DNA of 64,000 nt. It comes from Bdellovibrionales bacterium. Its GTDB lineage: Bacteria; Bdellovibrionota; Bdellovibrionia; Bdellovibrionales; DASUEL01. Positions within the stretch are counted from its first letter, which is position 1; each line of letters starts with the position of its first letter. The DNA is taken from the NCBI GenBank assembly GCA_050250255.1, contig JBFWOZ010000014.1:1-64000 (forward strand), read 5' to 3'. The position numbers and the translations under genes are program-made. The notes below the pieces were generated by a model. The model was given only the letters and a program-made list of their open reading frames with translations, did not search any database and was not told the DNA's origin. Positions 47,675-56,914 of the stretch are shown here, piece after piece.

Positions 47675-49167
47675 TAAAATGCTCCTGTTTCTTTGGTAGA
47701 TGGAATGAAGTTTTTGTTCACATAGTATCCAGGACGAAGGCTCATCAATTTTTCAACAAAGTCCTGGGCGACTTTCTGATCTGAAAGTTTCTCAAGCTGA
47801 ATTGCGAAATCCGTCATGATTTGCGTAAAAAGCAAAGGGTTTTGAAGCAAGCTATGCCCCGCTTCTCTTACGATGTAAGGGTTCGAAGAGGTGGCTTTAT
47901 CTTTTAGGTCCTGGATGCTCACCACTTGCTGAAAAAGCGAATTATTCCAAAACAACTTATTGATTTCTGCAGTATCTTTTTTCTTTGCATAGTGAGCGTA
48001 CAACACGGCCAAAGAGGAAAACTCAAGAGACCTATCCGGTTGATCGAGGCTCAGATAAGGAATTGGCTTTTGAGTGATCAAATAGCTGCCTAAAAATCGA
48101 TTGAATTCTTTGTTTGCCGTCAGCCTGTTGCTACGTATTTCAAAACCTCGAGTCATCACACGATTATAGAATGCGTTGAGATGGTGAGTAACACCACCTG
48201 TGCTTTCGAGCCAAGCAAATGCCCGCCAGAACATAGACGATGAGGTTCCCGCAGCCGAAAGACAAACAAGCGGCAGTTGTGAAGCGGAATAGGGATATAT
48301 TTTGGCATCCTCTATAACATGGTTTAGATATTTTGCATCTAACCCTGGAACAGCACAAATGGAGCTAACAAGCGTCTCGTACGGAGCTGAAACCCACGGT
48401 TCTGCGGATTTCGCATAGGGACCCAATTTTTTAAGAGTTTCAGGCGTGATCATGAAAAATTTTGTGAGGTTTGTTCGCTTCAAAAGCAGTTTGAACTTAT
48501 CCATGCCTTGAAGTGACAAAAACCGAACAAACTCACTTTCTTCATCTTCTAGAAAGCTTGAAAAAGGAAATTGCACACCATTTTTCTCTAGCTGCGTATG
48601 GAGATCGAGCTTGTCTTTGATTTGTCCCAATTCAACAGCTTCGATGATACTAACCGCGGTTCTGAGCTTCAGCTGGCGTGCCGTAGTGTGATACGAGAGA
48701 TAGGAATGCATGGCTTCATGAATGAGAAGATACACCTGTGATCTCGAGGACATTTCCTTTAATATTTCATTATTCGCATAGACTTCTTGATTCAGCCGAA
48801 TAGCCACCTGATCCGCATTTTTATAGATAGGTGATAACATTTCACCGTAGCTTGGATAAGATTTGAGAGCACCGGTTAAACAGAACTGTAGGTAGTTGAT
48901 TTCACCTTTTAAATCTTCTGCGAAAACGGGATCTATGCTTACGAGTTTCGTAAAAACTCCATCGTAAGCCGTCTTGATATTTTCTCTTTGCGAAAAGTCC
49001 TTCCCATTGGTCCACTCACATGTGAATTTTTTTGTTCTTACGAGCTCTAAGAGCTCTGGATAGCCACTAATATTGATGGTTTCGCCACCTCCGCGGACTC
49101 CGGAGGCCCATGAGATAGAGCAACCTGCAAGCAGTGCAATTGTGAATAGGTTTTTGATTGTTTTCAT
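47674..49167 (-). CDS. Secreted hypothetical protein with an HExxH (zincin-like) motif
   Basis: Signal peptide followed by 'GVRGGG'; LLIHEAMH motif; AAGGA RBS. Confidence 0.7.
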   Translation of the reverse strand: MKTIKNLFTIALLAGCSISWASGVRGGGETINISGYPELLELVRTKKFTCEWTNGKDFSQRENIKTAYDGVFTKLVSIDPVFAEDLKGEINYLQFCLTGALKSYPSYGEMLSPIYKNADQVAIRLNQEVYANNEILKEMSSRSQVYLLIHEAMHSYLSYHTTARQLKLRTAVSIIEAVELGQIKDKLDLHTQLEKNGVQFPFSSFLEDEESEFVRFLSLQGMDKFKLLLKRTNLTKFFMITPETLKKLGPYAKSAEPWVSAPYETLVSSICAVPGLDAKYLNHVIEDAKIYPYSASQLPLVCLSAAGTSSSMFWRAFAWLESTGGVTHHLNAFYNRVMTRGFEIRSNRLTANKEFNRFLGSYLITQKPIPYLSLDQPDRSLEFSSLAVLYAHYAKKKDTAEINKLFWNNSLFQQVVSIQDLKDKATSSNPYIVREAGHSLLQNPLLFTQIMTDFAIQLEKLSDQKVAQDFVEKLMSLRPGYYVNKNFIPSTKETGAF

Positions 49168-49177
49168 ATTGATCCTT

Positions 49178-49978
49178 TCAAGATTTATTTTGTAGTTGGC
49201 TCACGCGAAAAAACTCGACAAAGGAAACGTAAACTTCGGTTTTACTTTTTCCCTTTGCTGAAATTTTTAAGAGTTCCGTAAAATATTCTTCTGTTAAAGT
49301 TTTTACTTTTTGTAGGTCGTCGGTATCAAAACTCATGACTTCTGTACCGACGATTTTTTCATCTGGAGTTTGATTATCAATTGCTTCACTCGCCTTCTGG
49401 AGCAAAGATCGATAGTGTTTTCTTATGGTTTCATTAGGGATTTGAGATTCTACTAGCAAGTGATTAGCTTGTTTTTCGGCCCGACCGTTTTTGCTTACTT
49501 TCACGAGCTCTAAGCGCTCTAAACGCTCCATAGCTTGGCTCGCTTCCACGCTAGAGATTTTAAAACGATGAGCGATATGGCGTGAGTTCCATTGGAACCC
49601 TTCCAGCTCGCAAGCCTCGTAGATGGGAAGATAGTACCAGTCAGTGAGAATGCGGAAGAGATCAATCGAAAGGTCGCGCTGAATCACGTCAGTATGTCCA
49701 TGCGCCTTTAAAAGAATCTCTTTGTATTCAGGGTCATCGATTTTTCCAAGCTGAACGGAAAGCATCAATTGTTCCGTTTGTTTTTTGTTCAGCTTTAAAC
49801 GTCGAGCGATGTCGACAGCTCTTTTAAATGACAACTTTTTTGTTCCGCTGAGAACATGATGTAAGCCACCAGCAGATATGGCTAAGTCTCTGGCAAACGC
49901 GCGTAGGGAATAACTGGGCTTTTTTTCTCGGCGCTCAAGATAAACCTTTTCTAAAATTTCTTTGGTCATGTTGTTCAT
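49178..49978 (-). CDS. TIGR02147/DUF4423-family HTH protein
   Basis: 'RREKKPSYSLRAFARDL.IS...L..VL.G.K.LS', 'F.ILTDWYY..I.E' and 'IR.H' motifs. Confidence 0.85.
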   Translation of the reverse strand: MNNMTKEILEKVYLERREKKPSYSLRAFARDLAISAGGLHHVLSGTKKLSFKRAVDIARRLKLNKKQTEQLMLSVQLGKIDDPEYKEILLKAHGHTDVIQRDLSIDLFRILTDWYYLPIYEACELEGFQWNSRHIAHRFKISSVEASQAMERLERLELVKVSKNGRAEKQANHLLVESQIPNETIRKHYRSLLQKASEAIDNQTPDEKIVGTEVMSFDTDDLQKVKTLTEEYFTELLKISAKGKSKTEVYVSFVEFFRVSQLQNKS

Positions 49979-50115
49979 GACGAGAAGGATTACCTTAACG
50001 AGCTGTTAATATAAAGCACTTAGTAAACAAATCATTTACTTTTGGTAAACGCCATGAATTCTTTTTATGACTGTAAATCAGACCGTAAAGAGGGCCGTTT
50101 CTTTATTTCTATGAA

Positions 50116-51048
50116 TTAATACAGCTCAACCATATCGTTTTCGCGAAAGCCTGAGCCCGAATGAACGACCGCAATCGAACCGTCTGTTCCAAAGTAGCTC
50201 ACCACTTCGAGAGTGCCCTTCATGCGTCCTGGAGCGATTCCAATAAAGTCTCCTGACTCTGGATCATGGATCTGTTCTCCTTGAGCCGTGACTCGTAACA
50301 AATCACCCACCTGTAAGCCCGAGAGGCGACCGGCATTAAGGAAAATACGATTACCTTCAATAACGGCCACGCGTCCTGTCCAAGAAAGTTTTTCGATCGA
50401 TTCTAAAATCTGACCGATGCTTCCGTAAAAAGCTTTCGTTAAAGCTTCTGCAAGGAGCGACTGATCTTGAATCAACAAAGCGCCCGAAGGTGCGCGATCC
50501 GCAAAACGTGTCACACTTCCTTCAACCGTAGAAGTCTTCACTTGATTATAAATCTCTCGATTGCTTTTGATAGAAAACATGCGAACCCGCGCTGACACAT
50601 TCATGGTTGCAGACACGCGACGAAAAAGCCCGACGTCATCGCCCGTCTTCTTTGCTTTCACATCGATGATTTTTCCTTCGATAAGAGCAGAGACTCCGAG
50701 AGCTTCCGCTAAACGACCTACTTCTTCCATGTCGTACTCACCATTCACCATAAGCTGACTAGGATCTTTCGAAAGATCAGACGGATGTACAAATACGAGG
50801 CGATCTGACTTTGCCATGGCTCGAATAAAACTTGTGCGAGTATTTTCTAAAACTTTAGGTGAATTTAATTTTTCTGTTTCCAGAAAAGGCAAAACGAGAA
50901 TTCTTTTTCGTGGCTCCGAAGAATTTCTCGCAGAGAAGGGAACATCCTTTTCTTTTCGCTCAGGCGTTTTTGCTTCTTGAAAAAGAGAACACGCTGTAAA
51001 CGACAAACCTACGACGACAAGTGAGAAGCTAAGAAAAATTGATTTCAT
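50116..51048 (-). CDS. CsgG/FlgT-like lipoprotein
   Basis: Lipobox FTAC; 'KRILVLPF' TolB_N/CsgG-like domain; C-terminal 'W.GRV....GNRIFLNAG..SGL.VGD.L.V...G..I.DPESG' FlgT_C-like domain. Confidence 0.7.
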   Translation of the reverse strand: MKSIFLSFSLVVVGLSFTACSLFQEAKTPERKEKDVPFSARNSSEPRKRILVLPFLETEKLNSPKVLENTRTSFIRAMAKSDRLVFVHPSDLSKDPSQLMVNGEYDMEEVGRLAEALGVSALIEGKIIDVKAKKTGDDVGLFRRVSATMNVSARVRMFSIKSNREIYNQVKTSTVEGSVTRFADRAPSGALLIQDQSLLAEALTKAFYGSIGQILESIEKLSWTGRVAVIEGNRIFLNAGRLSGLQVGDLLRVTAQGEQIHDPESGDFIGIAPGRMKGTLEVVSYFGTDGSIAVVHSGSGFRENDMVELY

Positions 51049-51211
51049 ACGTTTATTGTACATGAGGTTTTTTCGTCTTCCATAGAGGGGATGAGAGAGT
51101 CTTCACTAATGGCGAGTCTGAACATTGTCTCAACACGACCATTGCCCAGATCCTGATCCTTAACTTGCCCTCTCGACCTAAAGTGCAGGACACTACGAAT
51201 AGGGACACCGC

Positions 51212-52087
51212 ATGAGAAAAACACCTAAGCCAACGACTGCCATTCGCGTCAGACACTTCTTTTTTGTCATAGTAGTTCTTATTGTCTGGCTCAGCCTGCC
51301 CCGCGAAGCATGGACTCAAGAAATTACAAAAGTTCGGGGCTCTCAAGTACTTATCCAAAATTTTTCAGGAAATTCGGGCGACACCTTCTTCGCACTTGAT
51401 GCCGATGGTAAACGCCGCGGGATTATCAAAATTGATCGCGTGAAGAATGGTCGTGCTATCGGGACGATTCAAAAAGGTCGGGCGAGTCCTGGGTTTACTC
51501 TCATCACCCGTACTGGTGGTGGCGGAAGCTCTAAAAGTTCTCGCTTCTCCGCAAAAGGTTTGGGCAAACTTGGAATCGGCGCTATTGCTGGGTACTCGAT
51601 GGATTCCATGTCTGTGCCTCTGGCGAGTGGTCGCGCAACGGTTGCAATGACGGGCTCAGGTTTTTCCGTCAAAGGGGTTGGGGATTACAACCTCACGAGC
51701 AGTCTTGGTTTACGTTTAGGCGCAGGGATGGAACGATTTTCTGTCAAAGGCTCAAGCAACGCTTCGGGTTCGATAGTGGATTACACGACAGAAATCACCT
51801 ACCTCGTGCTCGATGGGATTGGACGTTATTTTATTACTCAATCGGATTTTGCTCTTTGGGTGGGAGCCGGAGTCGGCGTAGGAATTCCTATGTCGAAAAC
51901 CACAACGATTCTTGCAGAAGAGTCGATTGCGACCTCTTCCCTGCTCTTTCTTGCGGGAGGCGCAGACCTTAAACTTTCAGGGGACTTCTATATCCCCTTC
52001 CAAGTTGATTACGCCATGTTTTTACCAGCCTCTGATGTGAAAACTAGCATCATCGGTATCAAGACCGGCGTCATGATGAAGTTTTAA
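51212..52087 (+). CDS. Outer-membrane beta-barrel protein with a small N-terminal domain
   Basis: Signal peptide, Gly/Ser linker, OmpA/OmpW-like amphipathic strands and a C-terminal Phe. Confidence 0.75.
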   Translation: MRKTPKPTTAIRVRHFFFVIVVLIVWLSLPREAWTQEITKVRGSQVLIQNFSGNSGDTFFALDADGKRRGIIKIDRVKNGRAIGTIQKGRASPGFTLITRTGGGGSSKSSRFSAKGLGKLGIGAIAGYSMDSMSVPLASGRATVAMTGSGFSVKGVGDYNLTSSLGLRLGAGMERFSVKGSSNASGSIVDYTTEITYLVLDGIGRYFITQSDFALWVGAGVGVGIPMSKTTTILAEESIATSSLLFLAGGADLKLSGDFYIPFQVDYAMFLPASDVKTSIIGIKTGVMMKF

Positions 52088-53274
52088 TTCATCTTCAATT
52101 TCACACTCACCGGAAAATGATCTGAATACCCAGCAACCGCAGGGTTCTTCGTATCGTGATTATAGCGTCGTGGAACTCCAAAGATCACCGAGCTGTAAAG
52201 GTGATGCTGATTGTAATAATATTCAAAAGCACGAGTCATAAACTCAGGAGCTACGATTCGAAACGTTTCTGGCATGATTTCCATCCCCGCTCCGTCGACA
52301 AGATTTTTATTTACAAAAATATGGTCAAGGCGATTCCACACTCCGTCCTTCGCATAGAAGTAACTCGCTGGCGGCATGTGAATCCCTTGCAAAGCCTTTA
52401 AAGATTCAAAAAGTGTTTGTGCATCTTCAAACTTCTCAGACCAAGTAGGATTGAGAATCACTTCACGGAAAGGATGAGGACGATCTCCATCAATCGTATT
52501 GAAGTCACCAAGAAGGACCGCATGATAGTTCGTTTTACGACCGGCTTCTTCATTCACAAAGGTTCTTAATGCTTGAGCGGCTTGTACGCGCGCTTCACTT
52601 GACTTCCCTTGAGAAGGCCAATGATTCACAAACACTCCAAGAGTACCTACCGCAGGACGGACTACGACCGTAAAGTTTGCTACCAAAAGGTTTCTCGTGA
52701 GTAATCCCGGAACTCCAAGATTTTTTTCACGAAAACTGACGAGCTTTAATTTGCTTTCGTTATATAAAAGCGCCACATCAATTCCGCGCGCGTCAGGGCT
52801 CTTTGTCATGACGAAATCTGTGTAGCCCAATTTTTGCACGAGAAGTTCAATCACTTTCTCATTTTCTACTTCTTGCAATGCCAAGATGTCAGGATATGGC
52901 CCTTGAGCCTGTAAAGCTTTTTGAATTTGCCCAAGCTTCATGTTCATTTTTTCTACGGTCCAATCGGTCTCTTCACATTTTTTGCGGTAAGGACCCTGGC
53001 TCGCACATTCACGCTTCAAAGCGCTCGTAATGGGGAGATACTCGTAGTCCTGCTTGCCAACATCGTGAGTGGCATCAAAGAGATTCTCTACGTTATAGGT
53101 CATAATTTTGATTTCGTTAGCAGCAACAGGCATGTTCCAATTCATCAATGGACGTGCTGCACGTTTTTGATACCTTGGATCTGTATCAATAAGACCAGAA
53201 TATGCAGGAAAGCAGAAAACCCCTAGTAGCAAGGTACAAATTGCACCCATCATTTTACAAGTATAATTACTCAT
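52084..53274 (-). CDS. Secreted EEP-family extracellular nuclease
   Basis: TYNVENLFD, DILALQEVEN, DARGIDVALLY, NHWPS, GDFN, LDHI and YSDHFPV motifs; GAGGGGG RBS. Confidence 0.88.
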   Translation of the reverse strand: MSNYTCKMMGAICTLLLGVFCFPAYSGLIDTDPRYQKRAARPLMNWNMPVAANEIKIMTYNVENLFDATHDVGKQDYEYLPITSALKRECASQGPYRKKCEETDWTVEKMNMKLGQIQKALQAQGPYPDILALQEVENEKVIELLVQKLGYTDFVMTKSPDARGIDVALLYNESKLKLVSFREKNLGVPGLLTRNLLVANFTVVVRPAVGTLGVFVNHWPSQGKSSEARVQAAQALRTFVNEEAGRKTNYHAVLLGDFNTIDGDRPHPFREVILNPTWSEKFEDAQTLFESLKALQGIHMPPASYFYAKDGVWNRLDHIFVNKNLVDGAGMEIMPETFRIVAPEFMTRAFEYYYNQHHLYSSVIFGVPRRYNHDTKNPAVAGYSDHFPVSVKLKMN

Positions 53275-53411
53275 AAATTCCCCCTCAAAATGTAGAACCA
53301 ATTGCTTCTTTAAATTGATATCGACCTTCGGCTGGATATGTCTACTACGGAAAACTCATGAATTGTGACGCTATATATTAAGGTACTGATATGAGGTAAA
53401 AAAAGTATTTA

Positions 53412-54203
53412 TTAAGATTTGATGAAGCGCTGAAAAACGCGCAGCGCCCTATTCCATACTTTTTGATTCAGCAGGTCAGAACCTATGACAAGGACCTCCT
53501 GATCCCGCATTTCCTTAATAGGTTCTTCATGAATGCTCGAAGGCACAAGGCCACTCCCGCCAAAATGATCCAGCCACTCCTTACGCATGAGAAGTGAATT
53601 GCTCACAAAATGTTTTTCGCCTTTTTTCTTTTTGTGGCGAGCTGTACGAAACTCATACTGACTCATGACCTTAAGTTTTTGTGAGGGATTCATATGTTTC
53701 ATCGTTTGGTAACCAAGACGAGTTTCATAGCGGAATTTACGATTGGTGGGTTCACGAAAAGTGAAGATCATATCGTAATTCCCTCTTAAAAAGAGCTCTT
53801 CTAGGTCGCTTAAGTCATGAACATCAAGCTCCACCAGTTCAAAGCCTTCTTCCTCCAGTAATTCGTGGCCTAAATTCTGCGCGATATTTCCTAAACCCTC
53901 TAAAGTCGCAATTTTGATTTCGGTAACCTGAGAGTTAGACACCGTACTCTCGATTTCATTATTGAGGAGGCGTGCTGATCTCGAAAAAGTTTCGGTGAGT
54001 CTAAGAGCCGCGGGAGTCCAACTGGATTTACGCTTCGCTTCTCGATTTAAGAGATTCACTTCAAGCTCTTCTTCAATGCGTTTCACAATACGAGAAAGTT
54101 GCGGTTGGCTTAAGCCTACATGACGTGAAGCTATAGAGAGATTTGAAAATGCGGTGGCGCGAGTCAGAACCGAAAGTTCCCAATACAAATTTTCCACAAC
54201 CAT
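53412..54203 (-). CDS. LysR-family transcriptional regulator
   Basis: 'LS.ASRHVGLSQPQLSRIVKRIEEEL...LL.R' LysR winged HTH. Confidence 0.85.
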   Translation of the reverse strand: MVVENLYWELSVLTRATAFSNLSIASRHVGLSQPQLSRIVKRIEEELEVNLLNREAKRKSSWTPAALRLTETFSRSARLLNNEIESTVSNSQVTEIKIATLEGLGNIAQNLGHELLEEEGFELVELDVHDLSDLEELFLRGNYDMIFTFREPTNRKFRYETRLGYQTMKHMNPSQKLKVMSQYEFRTARHKKKKGEKHFVSNSLLMRKEWLDHFGGSGLVPSSIHEEPIKEMRDQEVLVIGSDLLNQKVWNRALRVFQRFIKS

Positions 54204-54230
54204 AAAGATCTCCTAAATCGTCTCTTTTTC

Positions 54231-54251
54231 ATTATGTATAAAATGAATAAT
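54231..54251. promoter_or_regulatory. Candidate LysR binding site (T-N11-A dyad)
   Basis: ATTAT-GTATAAAATGA-ATAAT inverted repeat in the divergent intergenic region. Confidence 0.5.
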
Positions 54252-54395
54252 AAGTTGTCTACTATGTATTTTACTTATTTTTAATTGGGGCCTAGAACCA
54301 CCTCATACGACGGCATCTGAGAAATAAGTTCTCAAGAAACCGCGAAATAAAAAACAAAATGACCGAATGATCGGTCCAAATTATAGGGGGTTCTC

Positions 54396-54860
54396 ATGAA
54401 ATTCTTAATCACTACACTAGCTCTTTTGGCAACTGCTTCTCAAGCTCAAGCAGATGGTTGGGTTTGCGCAACGGAGTCTGAAGACTTAAAAGTTCAAGTT
54501 TACAATCAAGTACAACCTGAGCTCGGCACACGTACAGCAGCAGTCATGGTTCTTAGCGATCCACGCGTTTCTGAAGGTCGCAAAACAATTGCTCGCTTCA
54601 CTGCTGGCAACACTCTTTCAAATCAAGGTGCTTCTTACGTAGCCGATGTTGATTTGAGACGTACTGATAGCAGCGCAAAAGGCGAATTGATCGCTGGAAC
54701 AAAGCTTGGCTTCATCGACAGCATCACTCTTGATGTGGCTTTCAGCTACAGCCGTCCAGTTGCTGCTGGAACGATCGTCGCTGGTGACCTCACAATCTTG
54801 AAGCGCAACGGCCGCGTGACTCAACTTGAAGTGGCTTGCAAAAGATACCTAAAGAACTAA
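54396..54860 (+). CDS. Secreted hypothetical protein, divergent from the LysR gene
   Basis: AGGGGG RBS; signal peptide ending AQA; beta-rich with N- and C-terminal Cys. Confidence 0.8.
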   Translation: MKFLITTLALLATASQAQADGWVCATESEDLKVQVYNQVQPELGTRTAAVMVLSDPRVSEGRKTIARFTAGNTLSNQGASYVADVDLRRTDSSAKGELIAGTKLGFIDSITLDVAFSYSRPVAAGTIVAGDLTILKRNGRVTQLEVACKRYLKN

Positions 54861-54897
54861 AGAAATGGCCGGGTCGACGAATTGACTCTGGTACATT

Positions 54898-54931
54898 AAA
54901 AGGCTGACCAATCTGGTCGGCCTTTTTTTTT
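54898..54931 (+). terminator. Intrinsic terminator
   Basis: AAAAGGCTGACCA-ATC-TGGTCGGCCTTTTTTTTT. Confidence 0.85.
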
Positions 54932-54965
54932 GACTTCCTACTAGGGCCGCAGGACACTCTCTTTT

Positions 54966-56873
54966 ATGCAGCGCTCATCTGGTAAAACTTCATCGCAGCA
55001 TCCTCCTACGACTGGTGGATGGAAAATAGCTCTCGCCGCCCTTGGAGTTGTTTACGGTGATATCGGCACTTCTCCTCTTTATGCCTTAAAAGAATGTTTT
55101 AGTCCTCATTACGGAATCGCGCTGAATGAACATAGTCTCTTGGGACTTCTCTCCCTTTTCTTTTGGTCCCTCGTTCTTGTTGTCATCGTAAAGTACATTG
55201 TGTTTTTCATGAAAGCGCACAATAACGGCGAAGGTGGGATCGTGGCCCTCCTCTCGCTTGTGATGCCAAAACAACCCGGAGGATTGAGACCAAAAAACCG
55301 CTGGGTGATCTTAATTGGACTTTTTGGCTGTTGTCTTCTCTACGGAGACGGAATGATCACTCCGGCCATTTCCGTTTTGAGTGCCGTGGAAGGATTGCAG
55401 CTCGCGACTCCGGCCCTCAAACCATTCGTGGTTCCTCTGAGCATCGGTATTTTGATGGCACTTTTCTGGAGTCAAAAACGAGGAACTGCCTTTATCGGCG
55501 CACTTTTTGGTCCAATCATTTTGATTTGGTTTATATGCATCGCCGCTCTTGGAATCCCCTGGATCATCGCAAAACCTCAAGTTCTTTTTGCAATCAATCC
55601 TTATTACGCGTGGGATTTCTTTATGCATTATCAATGGGCTGCGTTCTTCTCTCTCGGAGCCATTGTATTATGCGTCACCGGCGGTGAAGCGATGTATGCC
55701 GACATGGGCCACTTTGGACGAAGACCCATTAAGTTTACTTGGTACTGGGTGGTTTTCCCGGCTTTGGTTCTTAATTATTTTGGACAAGGTGCCCTCATTC
55801 TTGAAAAGGGAGAATCGGTACTCCACAATCCTTTTTATGAATTAGTCCCTGATTTTTTTCTTTATCCTATGATTGCTATTGCCACGATGGCCGCCGTCAT
55901 TGCGTCTCAAGCTTTGATCACGGGGCTTTATTCACTCACGCATCAAACAACACAGCTCGGTTACCTTCCACGGTTTCACGTCGTGCACACGTCTGAAAAA
56001 ACCGAGGGACAAATTTATATTCCTGAAGTGAATCGCATTTTGATGATCTGCTGTGTTGCGCTTGTGGTGTTTTTCCAAAACTCTTCTGGATTGACCGCCG
56101 CTTACGGAATTGCGGTGACCGGAACGATGACCGCATCAACTATTTTATTTTATCTTGTCTCCAGAAAACTTTGGCAATGGTCAAGGCTCAAGGCCCTGAC
56201 CATTACAATTCCCATTCTTTTTATCGACTTGAGTTTTTTCACATCCAACTTTGCAAAGTTTTATGAAGGTGGGTGGTTTCCGATCCTCACCGCAGCGGCA
56301 ATTTTGACGGTGATGCTGACGTGGAGACAAGGCCGAAATCTTTTATCTCAAGCTATGCTTTCGAAGTCTGTACCACTTGAGCATTTAATTAATTTGTTGG
56401 AAACTCAAAAACCTCACAGGGTTCCCGGAACTGCCATGGTCTTAACGGCGAATCGAGACATCGCGCCGCCCGTTCTGCTCCACCATTTAAAACACAACCA
56501 GGTGATGCACCAGCAAGTGATTTTGTTAACTGTGCACGTGACTCATAAACCATTTGTGCCTGCCGATGAACGATTAGAGATCAGTCATTTGAACCAAGGG
56601 CTTGTGCGTGTGATCGCACAATATGGATATATTCAAAGGCCGAACGTTTCCGAAATCATTCGTCTCTGTAAAAAACAAGGTGTGGAAATCGACAAAAAGC
56701 AAACAAGCTTCTATCTGGGTCGCGAAACTTTACTCTCAACGGGACCCGCAAACATGGCCGTCTGGCGCAAAGAACTCTTCGCATTTTTGTCACGCAACGC
56801 CCAAAACGCCATCGCCTCTTTCCGTATTCCTCCCGACCAAGTGGTCGAGATCGGCCTCCAACTAGAAATCTAA
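54966..56873 (+). CDS. kup: KUP/HAK/KT potassium uptake transporter
   Basis: ALGVVYGDIGTSPLY, GEGG, YGDG.ITPAISVLSAVEG, GEAMYADMGHFG and FYLGRET motifs. Confidence 0.96.
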   Translation: MQRSSGKTSSQHPPTTGGWKIALAALGVVYGDIGTSPLYALKECFSPHYGIALNEHSLLGLLSLFFWSLVLVVIVKYIVFFMKAHNNGEGGIVALLSLVMPKQPGGLRPKNRWVILIGLFGCCLLYGDGMITPAISVLSAVEGLQLATPALKPFVVPLSIGILMALFWSQKRGTAFIGALFGPIILIWFICIAALGIPWIIAKPQVLFAINPYYAWDFFMHYQWAAFFSLGAIVLCVTGGEAMYADMGHFGRRPIKFTWYWVVFPALVLNYFGQGALILEKGESVLHNPFYELVPDFFLYPMIAIATMAAVIASQALITGLYSLTHQTTQLGYLPRFHVVHTSEKTEGQIYIPEVNRILMICCVALVVFFQNSSGLTAAYGIAVTGTMTASTILFYLVSRKLWQWSRLKALTITIPILFIDLSFFTSNFAKFYEGGWFPILTAAAILTVMLTWRQGRNLLSQAMLSKSVPLEHLINLLETQKPHRVPGTAMVLTANRDIAPPVLLHHLKHNQVMHQQVILLTVHVTHKPFVPADERLEISHLNQGLVRVIAQYGYIQRPNVSEIIRLCKKQGVEIDKKQTSFYLGRETLLSTGPANMAVWRKELFAFLSRNAQNAIASFRIPPDQVVEIGLQLEI

Positions 56874-56898
56874 AAGGTGCGCCGCTCCTTTTGGTAGC
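56871..56898. repeat. REP-like imperfect palindrome, copy 2 (TAAAAGGTGCGCCGCTCCTTTTGGTAGC)
   Basis: Exact reverse complement of 7624..7651; begins in the kup stop codon. Confidence 0.8.
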
Positions 56899-56914
56899 GA
56901 TGCCGCGTTAAAGG

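Noticed and set aside
46343..50100. Integrative island at tRNA-Val
   Set aside because: No integrase, and I saw no duplicated tRNA 3' end (att site) downstream.
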